NCBI GenBank assembly: GCA_037137395.1
Contig: JBAXKK010000018.1
Span: 1 to 36,867 of the forward strand
Direction of reading: 5' to 3'
Origin: Elusimicrobiota bacterium
Lineage (GTDB): Bacteria > Elusimicrobiota > Elusimicrobia > Elusimicrobiales > UBA9959
DNA length: 36,867 bases
The position numbers and the translations under genes are program-made. The notes under the pieces were generated by a model, which saw nothing but the letters and a program-made list of their open reading frames with translations, did not search any database and was not told the DNA's origin. Shown piece after piece: positions 28,768 through 36,867 of this stretch (the stretch's first letter is position 1; each line of letters opens with the position of its first letter).

Positions 28768-28847
28768 ATTAAAGGCTTCACCAAAACGATGAAAAATGTC
28801 TCGACGAGACCTCCGACTTACGTAAGCTTTTGGCTCCTAATTGCATT

Positions 28848-28909
28848 ACCATTTGCTATTGGCCGTTTGCTTTTAAAGGAACTCATTAATATGGTTAATG
28901 GCTAATGGC
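28848..28909. repeat. Inverted heptamer array pair overlapping the nadC stop
   Basis: ACCATTT GCTATTG GCCGTTT GCTTTT ... GTTAATG GCTAATG GC; centre TTTTAAAGGA. Confidence 0.7.
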
Positions 28910-29758
28910 ATTTTTCACCTGCTCTATATCAAACGCTATATCCAGCGCCGCGGCCGAATTGGTCAGTGAGCCTACGGAGATGCGGTCGGCGCCGAGTTTC
29001 GAAAGTCCGGCCAAATTTTCAAATCTCACCCCACCCGAGATCTCTATCTCCGTCTTTTTACTTTCACGGTGTATCAGGTCTATAGCTTTTTTCATATCCG
29101 CGCGGCTCATATTATCCAGCATGATGACATCAAAACCCAGAGGCATAAAATCTCTCACCTGCGTCAGGCTTTGGGCCTCTATCTCTATCTTCAGCCCGCG
29201 GTATTTTTTTCTGGCATAAGCCAGCCTTTCCCTTAGCCGCTCCAGCGATCCGCCCAGCATGGCGATATGATTATCTTTTATCAGGAAAGCGTCGTAAAGT
29301 CCCCGGCGGTGATTGACGCCCCCGCCACATCTGACGGCGCGCTTCTCCAGTTCCCTGAGACCGGGAATGGTCTTGCGGGTATCATAAACTTTGGTGCGGG
29401 GGTTCCGAATCTCTTTGGCGAAGCGAGCCGCGCGGGTGGCCACGCCGGAAAGATGCTGGATAAAATTAAGCGCTGTGCGCTCGGCGGTCAACAGGCGTCT
29501 GGAACCGCGCACAGTAAGAATAACCGCCCCCTTTTTAAAGCACGCCCCATCCTTCAGGAGCAAGCGGATTTTGGAGCCCGGATCGGCCAGCTCAAACACC
29601 CGTTTAGCTATTCCTCCGCCGGCCAGAACGCCGCTGGTATTGGCGAACATCCGGCCCGAGAAATTGAGGCCTTCCGGGATGAAGACTTCGGTAGTGGCGT
29701 CGCCAGGGCCGATGTCTTCCTTAAGGGCCTGCCTTATAAGGGAATCAAATTGATCCAT
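28895..29758 (-). CDS. nadC: Quinolinate phosphoribosyltransferase
   Basis: ALKEDIG, ERTALNF, DTRKTIPGLR, NHRRGLYD, LIKDNH, IMLDN, SGG. Confidence 0.97.
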   Translation of the reverse strand: MDQFDSLIRQALKEDIGPGDATTEVFIPEGLNFSGRMFANTSGVLAGGGIAKRVFELADPGSKIRLLLKDGACFKKGAVILTVRGSRRLLTAERTALNFIQHLSGVATRAARFAKEIRNPRTKVYDTRKTIPGLRELEKRAVRCGGGVNHRRGLYDAFLIKDNHIAMLGGSLERLRERLAYARKKYRGLKIEIEAQSLTQVRDFMPLGFDVIMLDNMSRADMKKAIDLIHRESKKTEIEISGGVRFENLAGLSKLGADRISVGSLTNSAAALDIAFDIEQVKNAISH

Positions 29759-29765
29759 CAGTTAA

Positions 29766-29774
29766 ATTTTATCA
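29766..29774 (-). promoter_or_regulatory. Extended -10 element 7 nt before the nadC ATG (leaderless candidate)
   Basis: Minus strand TGATAAAAT-TTAACTG-ATG. Confidence 0.55.
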
Positions 29775-29800
29775 TTTTAAATTCTCCAAAACGGCCTATG

Positions 29801-31825
<2,025 letters not shown>

Positions 31826-31831
31826 GCCTAG

Positions 31832-31840
31832 ATTTTATCA
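31832..31840 (-). promoter_or_regulatory. Extended -10 element 6 nt before the uvrB ATG (leaderless candidate)
   Basis: Minus strand TGATAAAAT-CTAGGC-ATG, no SD. Confidence 0.55.
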
Positions 31841-31945
31841 ATTATCATTTGCACAAGAGGTTTTATTTTGTAAGATTTTGGCAGGGGAAAGGAATCGGGT
31901 CCGGCTAAAGCCCCGCGAACTATTGATGATTTAAAGGAGATTACT

Positions 31946-32260
31946 ATGAAAAAAACAGGGAAACTTATCGGAGCGGGTATCGGTCTGGCGGCTGTAGCCG
32001 CGGCCGGAGCTTATTTTCTCTATGGGGAAAAGGGCGCCCAAAACCGCGCGAAAATAGCGGGCTGGTCCCTCAAAATGAAGGGCGAAGTCCTGGAAAAAGT
32101 AGAAGCCCTTAAATCGATAGACAGGGAAGCTTATCACGAACTCGTGGACAAGGTCGCGGCGCGCTACGCAAAATTGGAGAAGGTCAGCGCCTCCGAACTC
32201 AGGCATCTCACTGTTGAAATAAAGAACGCCTGGGCCCATATCAACAAGCAGTTGAAATAG
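31946..32260 (+). CDS. Small membrane-anchored helical protein (YtxH-like), hypothetical
   Basis: AAGGAG SD; Gly/Ala-rich N-terminal hydrophobic helix AAAGAYFLY followed by charged helices. Confidence 0.75.
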   Translation: MKKTGKLIGAGIGLAAVAAAGAYFLYGEKGAQNRAKIAGWSLKMKGEVLEKVEALKSIDREAYHELVDKVAARYAKLEKVSASELRHLTVEIKNAWAHINKQLK

Positions 32261-32328
32261 GCTGTCAGACTGCAGGCTATTAGGCTGTTGGGTGTTTATA
32301 TTTTGCACCTGCAGCCTAACTGCCTATC
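32258..32328. repeat. Inverted octamer array pair, TAGGCTGT / CAGCCTA family
   Basis: TAGGCTGT CAGACTG CAGGCTAT TAGGCTGT ... CAGCCTAA CTGCCTAT; first unit supplies the TAG stop. Confidence 0.7.
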
Positions 32329-32382
32329 CGCTGCAGCGAACTCGCCGATTGTTTGGCGGGCCAGCCTATCCACCTTTCCCCT

Positions 32383-34101
32383 ATGGCCGCAAGACTCCAG
32401 ATTACCGTGGCTTCCACGGCCGGCTTCTGCCCGGGCGTTAAGAACGCAATAGATAAAGTTCTGGAGCTGGCCAAAAACACCAAGAAACCCATATACACGC
32501 TGGGCCCGCTAATCCATAACCGCCAGGTTATAGAGACCCTTAAAGAAAACAATGTCCACGCCGTAGACAATATATCGGAAATTAAGGAGCATGACGCCAT
32601 CCTGGTCATTCGCGCTCACGGCATCCCGCCTGAACTGGAAACGGAGATAAGGAGCAGATCGCTGGAAGTGGTGGATGCCACCTGCCCTCTGGTCAAGCAT
32701 GTGCACCATACTATCGCCAAGTACGCGAAAAATGGTTATGACACCATTATAGTAGGGGACAAGGACCACGCGGAAGTCATTGGCCTCATGGGTTACACGC
32801 AGGGGCGCGGCCGGGTCATCAGCGGTCCCCGGGAAGCCGCAGGCCTGCCCCGGATGGAAAAAGCCAACATCGTGGCCCAGACAACGCAGGAAGAGGATGT
32901 GTTCCTGGCGGCAGTTTCGGAAGTAAGGAAAAAGACCGGCGAACTCGCGGTTTCCGACACCATTTGTAAACCTACAAAAGACCGTCAGAAAGAAACTGTG
33001 GAACTGTCAAAAACTTCCGACCTTGTAATCGTGGTGGGCGGCAAAAATTCAGCCAACACGGCCAGGCTGTTCCAGATCTGCCAAAAGCTGGCTCCGGCCG
33101 CGATCCATATTGAAAACGAGGACGAACTCCCGCCCGCCCTGCTAAAAGATAAAACCTCCATCTTTATTACCGCCGGCGCCTCCACCCCCAGCTGGATGAT
33201 TGCGAAGGTCCTGACGCGGGTCCATGAACTGACCGGAGCCGTTAAAAGCCCTCTGGAAGAACGGATCTCCTTCCTCTGGAAACTTGTAATAACCAGCGGC
33301 GCTTACACGGCCCTGGCCGCAGTTGCCCTGGCCTATGTCTGCATGAAGCTTGAAGCCTCCACAGTTTCAAAAAAGCTCCTGCTTATGGCCGGCCTCTTCG
33401 TGCTCAGTCTTCACATGGCCAATCGCGCCGAAGAAAAAGGCACCTCGGCGCCCGATAAAGCCAAGCGCCTGCTTTTCATCCGTTTTAAATCCGCCACCAA
33501 GTTCGCCGCGTTCCTCTCCGGCGCGCTGGCTTTATTTTTATCCGGTACTATGGGTTGGCAGGTGCTGCTGCCCGCGGCGTTTTTCTGGGGAGCGGGAATG
33601 CTTTACCCCTACAAACTGCCCTTCGGCTTTAATAAATCCGGAAATTTCCCGGCATCAAAGGATATTGTCACCGCCCTGGGTTGGGCTTTCGTCTGCGCCT
33701 ACGCCCCCGGCCTCTCGCATGGAACGATCGCATATAAATCAACCCATCTGGCAGTCATCTTCGCGATACTTCTGGTGTTTATTCGTTCGGTTATGTTCGG
33801 CATAAGCAACGCGCATAGCGATATGATAGTGGGCAAGGAAAATTTTTACAAGGCCGCCGGGCCAAAACTCACATATCTGACATTATCCGCGATGTTTGTT
33901 TTTCTTGAAACCATACTGGTGTTACTGATAAATATGGGGTGGAAAACGGGCCTGGCTTCAGCGCTCTTCACCGGTCTTTTTTATTATATAGCCCTTATGC
34001 TGTTCTTCTATTTGCGAAAAATTCCGGAACGCATCACCTCAGAGACTCTTATAGATTCACAATTCCTGATACTGGCGCTGCTGACTTATCGCGCGGGTTA
34101 G
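32383..34101 (+). CDS. ispH: 4-hydroxy-3-methylbut-2-enyl diphosphate reductase fused to a UbiA-like membrane domain
   Basis: AGFCPGV, LIHN, RAHG, DATCPLV, HAEV, QTT, TIC, SANT, TAGASTP; followed by about 280 aa with multiple transmembrane helices. Confidence 0.92.
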   Translation: MAARLQITVASTAGFCPGVKNAIDKVLELAKNTKKPIYTLGPLIHNRQVIETLKENNVHAVDNISEIKEHDAILVIRAHGIPPELETEIRSRSLEVVDATCPLVKHVHHTIAKYAKNGYDTIIVGDKDHAEVIGLMGYTQGRGRVISGPREAAGLPRMEKANIVAQTTQEEDVFLAAVSEVRKKTGELAVSDTICKPTKDRQKETVELSKTSDLVIVVGGKNSANTARLFQICQKLAPAAIHIENEDELPPALLKDKTSIFITAGASTPSWMIAKVLTRVHELTGAVKSPLEERISFLWKLVITSGAYTALAAVALAYVCMKLEASTVSKKLLLMAGLFVLSLHMANRAEEKGTSAPDKAKRLLFIRFKSATKFAAFLSGALALFLSGTMGWQVLLPAAFFWGAGMLYPYKLPFGFNKSGNFPASKDIVTALGWAFVCAYAPGLSHGTIAYKSTHLAVIFAILLVFIRSVMFGISNAHSDMIVGKENFYKAAGPKLTYLTLSAMFVFLETILVLLINMGWKTGLASALFTGLFYYIALMLFFYLRKIPERITSETLIDSQFLILALLTYRAG

Positions 34102-34143
34102 CTGAAATATCAAAAAATGTCCCGCCCGCTCCCACTCCAAGTT

Positions 34144-34152
34144 TGATATAAT
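34144..34152 (+). promoter_or_regulatory. Extended -10 promoter
   Basis: TGATATAAT about 35 nt before ATG 34188; AGGAG SD. Confidence 0.55.
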
Positions 34153-34187
34153 TTCAGCGGAATAATTTATTACAAGGTAGGAGAAAA

Positions 34188-34526
34188 ATGAAAAATTACG
34201 CGAGATTTGCGATATTAATAGTAGCCGTAGCGACCCTTACCGGATGCGCGCATATGCCAGGCGGCATAAGCTCCTCCACAACTCCGATAAATAACAGGGC
34301 TTACGATGAACTAGGCCAAGTTTCCGGCACCAGCAGCAAAGTTATGCTATTTGGACTGCTGCCTATAAGCGGCTCAAATAACACTCAGGATGCCGTTGAC
34401 TCCGCCAAAGAGAAACTGGGCGCGGACGCTTTAATTGACGTAACAGTAGAGGCTTACAGCCAATGGTGGATCCTTTGGTCAAACAATACAACTAAAGTTA
34501 TCGGCAAAGGCATCAAATTCAAATAA
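34188..34526 (+). CDS. Small lipoprotein (TRL/Bor-like)
   Basis: Lipobox LTGC; VSGTSS-VMLFGLLP...AVDSAK...ADALIDVTV...VIGKGIK pattern. Confidence 0.7.
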   Translation: MKNYARFAILIVAVATLTGCAHMPGGISSSTTPINNRAYDELGQVSGTSSKVMLFGLLPISGSNNTQDAVDSAKEKLGADALIDVTVEAYSQWWILWSNNTTKVIGKGIKFK

Positions 34527-34603
34527 ACCGGGTACCAGTGCCATAACGATATAAATGTTATGCGCGTCCGCAATATCGACAGATAAGATTAAGGAGATTG
34601 ATA

Positions 34604-35086
34604 ATGAAAAAAACACTACTTGCAATTGTAATCTTGGCCGTATGCTCCGGCCTCAGTTTTGCCGAAAGCATGACGGGGAAAATCGGAGTCGGATTGAGAA
34701 ACGATACGTTTGATGTAAGATATTTCATCAACGACACGATCGGCGTTCATGCCGGGGCCGATGTGGGGGTATTCAACCAGGAGGGCACCTTCAAGGACAC
34801 AGGGTATAGTTTTAATGTCGGCGGGTTTTACTCAAAAGAAATTACCGACGGATTAATGTTCCAGACCGGGCTGACAGTGGCACATTCTGCCGGCAAAGAC
34901 ACCGGGGTTCGTTATAAATCGTGGAATTATAATCCGTATCTGGGCGCGGAGTTTATTTACAAAGGCCGCTTCGGTCTTGATTTCAAAATAATCCCTATCC
35001 AGTATTCCACTGGCGAACAAGCAGGCGCGGATTATACCGCCTGGAACGGCGGCGGCGGCAGCCTCGGCGCGCATCTCTACTTCTAG
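34604..35086 (+). CDS. Small outer-membrane beta-barrel protein
   Basis: AGGAG SD, signal peptide ending LSFA, amphipathic strands, C-terminal LGAHLYF. Confidence 0.75.
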   Translation: MKKTLLAIVILAVCSGLSFAESMTGKIGVGLRNDTFDVRYFINDTIGVHAGADVGVFNQEGTFKDTGYSFNVGGFYSKEITDGLMFQTGLTVAHSAGKDTGVRYKSWNYNPYLGAEFIYKGRFGLDFKIIPIQYSTGEQAGADYTAWNGGGGSLGAHLYF

Positions 35087-35125
35087 GCATAAACCGCTTT
35101 CGCAGCGGATTTCCTTAGAAGCACA

Positions 35126-35164
35126 AAAACCCCGTCCGCCTGAAACGGACGGGGTTTTCTTTTT
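35126..35164 (+). terminator. Intrinsic terminator, probably bidirectional
   Basis: AAAACCCCGTCCG-loop-CGGACGGGGTTTT followed by a T-rich tract. Confidence 0.85.
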
Positions 35165-35306
35165 ACTTTCAGACGCAGGCCCTGATATCTCAGGTCTTTT
35201 TGCGATCATGCAGGGAGAGATAAAAGACCGGGATTGCTACTAGCGAGAAAAACATCGCGCCCACAAGACCGCTGATCATGGCCCTTGGGCAAAGAGCCCC
35301 CCCCTC

Positions 35307-35335
35307 TTGACATACTTACATATTGTTAGTATACT
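35307..35335 (+). promoter_or_regulatory. Consensus sigma70 promoter with an inverted-repeat operator in the spacer; leaderless
   Basis: TTGACA-17 nt-TATACT-6 nt-ATG; ATACTTACA-TAT-TGTTAGTAT inverted repeat at 35312-35332. Confidence 0.8.
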
Positions 35336-35341
35336 ATAAAT

Positions 35342-35914
35342 ATGATTATTGAATTATTAAACCACAGAGATCCTTTACGGGTCCTGCTGACCTTGTACCA
35401 GCGTGGGGGGCTTCGCTTCGGCCAGATTCAAACCTTGTTAAACCTGAACCCCACCCAGGTGGACCGGGCGCTGAAATTTTTACGTAAAGACCTTTGGATC
35501 AAAGTATCTCCGGTGCGGGGTAAAGTTCGAGGCCAGTCTGAATACAGAATCGAGAAGCGGGGCGAAGCGTTAGCGGAGGCGTTCACACTTTTTGCCGCAG
35601 ACATCAGGGGAAAGAAAAAAGAGTTTACTCCAACGGAGGTTGCACAATTTCAGCGTTTTTATCAGCCGACCTTATCCGCTGGCAAGAAAGTATATACAAG
35701 CAAATCCGGTTTCGTCGCAACAATCAAGCCTTTTCCCCCGGATGAAGCAGAAGAATCGGCAGAGTACCGAGCAGCGTGTTTGATGTTATCTCCAAAAGAA
35801 CGGATTAATCGAATGAGGGAGCTTTCCCGACGCTTAATTTTATTAAACCCAAACAATCCGCGTTCAGAACATATTAATTGCCGGCATATAAGGATAATCA
35901 ATGACACCATTTAA
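35342..35914 (+). CDS. Winged helix-turn-helix protein with a C-terminal extra domain
   Basis: LRVLLTL..GGLRFGQIQTLLNLNPTQVDRALKFL..wing..EYRIEKRGEAL pattern (HxlR/MarR-like); overlaps the next gene. Confidence 0.65.
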   Translation: MIIELLNHRDPLRVLLTLYQRGGLRFGQIQTLLNLNPTQVDRALKFLRKDLWIKVSPVRGKVRGQSEYRIEKRGEALAEAFTLFAADIRGKKKEFTPTEVAQFQRFYQPTLSAGKKVYTSKSGFVATIKPFPPDEAEESAEYRAACLMLSPKERINRMRELSRRLILLNPNNPRSEHINCRHIRIINDTI

Positions 35915-36404
35915 CAACGAACATGTGGACGATTATGAAGACCTTGTTGCTGTTTTCAACAGGCACCATGTTGAATATGTAATCGTTGGAGCATATGCAG
36001 TCGGGTATTATGGGTATCTTCGCGCCACCGAAGACATAGATTTACTTGTAAATCCCAAACCCGAAAACGCGAAGAAAGTTGCAGCCGCGCTAAAAGATTT
36101 TGGTGGTATTGAAGCTGATCCCGCAGAAATCAAAGAAAAAACCATAATTGAAATAGGCGTCAAACCAAATGCTTTACATATTATGACGAATATAACCGGG
36201 GTTGCGTGGGAAAAAGCCTGGGCAAGCCGGACACAGAGCGTATTTGGCAATCAACCCGCACCGTTCCTTTCAAAAGAATGTTTAATAACGAATAAACGCG
36301 CGACCGGACGGGGAAAAGATAGCCTGGACCTGATCGGTCTTGGCGCGGAACCGGCGAAAACCAAAGAGAAAAAGAAAAGCCGAGGCCAGGATCTTGAATT
36401 ATAA
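35901..36404 (+). CDS. Minimal nucleotidyltransferase (DUF6036-like)
   Basis: VIVGAYAV..YGYLRATEDIDLLV and NKRATGRGKD..DL motifs. Confidence 0.8.
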   Translation: MTPFNNEHVDDYEDLVAVFNRHHVEYVIVGAYAVGYYGYLRATEDIDLLVNPKPENAKKVAAALKDFGGIEADPAEIKEKTIIEIGVKPNALHIMTNITGVAWEKAWASRTQSVFGNQPAPFLSKECLITNKRATGRGKDSLDLIGLGAEPAKTKEKKKSRGQDLEL

Positions 36405-36406
36405 AT

Positions 36407-36555
36407 GCCACCCCGGTAGACCCGCAGCGCAAGATAGGCTTTAAAGCTACGCCCGGGGGATAGGTGCTTTACGGAACCCGGTCGCAGCGCGAGAGGCTTG
36501 CTAAAAGGTCAACTATCGAGCAAGGATGCCCCTTAGAGGAGACTTCCATCCACCC
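36407..36555. ncRNA. Candidate structured RNA or repeat element, family not recognised
   Basis: Stems CCCCGG/CCGGGG, GCTTTAAAGC, CTTGCT/AGCAAG, GGATG/CATCC; duplicated CGCAGCGCRAGA..GGCTT motif 60 nt apart. Confidence 0.35.
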
Positions 36556-36589
36556 TTGAGGTTTTGTTCGCCGGGACTTGGGTCAATTC

Positions 36590-36865
36590 TTACTTCCAGT
36601 CCATTCCAGAGACAAGCGAACTTAAGGAATTCTTGTTGATGACCCGAAGCTCGTTCTCGTCCAGAATAAAACGCCGTACATCCGCGACCGCGGCGTTGAA
36701 GTCAACACGCTCAAGTTTGGCGAGCATGAAGGCCGTTAAGTTGGCGGTAGTAATGCCCAGCGCCTTCTTCTCGGTTTGCTGGATGGCGTTATTCAGCAAG
36801 TCCAGGTTGGGGGAGACTTTCCGGCCCAGATACCAGACCAGGTCGTAGAAATCGCGTCCCTTGGT
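36590..36865 (-). CDS. AbiEii/AbiGii-family nucleotidyltransferase toxin, C-terminal part (runs off the window)
   Basis: Manual extension of the reading frame gives TKGRDFYDLVWYL, the RDxYD motif of AbiEii proteins. Confidence 0.8.
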   Translation of the reverse strand, partial: TKGRDFYDLVWYLGRKVSPNLDLLNNAIQQTEKKALGITTANLTAFMLAKLERVDFNAAVADVRRFILDENELRVINKNSLSSLVSGMDWK

Positions 36866-36867
36866 GT

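Noticed and set aside
36407..36555. HEARO/omega RNA or HDV-like ribozyme
   Set aside because: A few short words (GTCAACTA, GGCTTG, CTACG) are reminiscent, but their order and pairing do not fit, and no iscB is adjacent.

Overview
Bacterial chromosomal window, mostly housekeeping genes. The gene content and protein style suggest a diderm, possibly Elusimicrobiota; this is an impression, not a computed result. A long minus-strand run reads, in transcription order: a secreted FecR-domain protein and two predicted beta-barrels, smc, metallophosphoesterase, response regulator, trxA, polA, a TPP-dependent alpha-keto acid decarboxylase, rhomboid protease, coaE, rho, LysM/M23 peptidase, rpmE, prfA, prmC, murA, folC and a partial ROK kinase. 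It is followed by mltA, namZ and a response regulator (+), uvrB-nadC and birA-queG (-), an IspH-UbiA-like fusion, a lipoprotein and small beta-barrel (+), and the edge of an accessory region (wHTH plus nucleotidyltransferase, convergent AbiEii-like gene). No complete tRNA, rRNA, CRISPR array, integrase or transposase is visible. The main observations are: (1) many gene junctions carry a pair of inverted, degenerate 7- or 8-nt tandem arrays from several unit families, some of which supply stop codons, C-termini and signal peptides; (2) the last 55 nt of polA are duplicated around the decarboxylase gene, next to a tRNA-Gly-like 3' remnant, which looks like an integration scar; (3) an orphan operon of a secreted FecR protein and two barrels; (4) several promoters positioned for leaderless mRNAs; (5) a candidate structured RNA between two nucleotidyltransferase genes.
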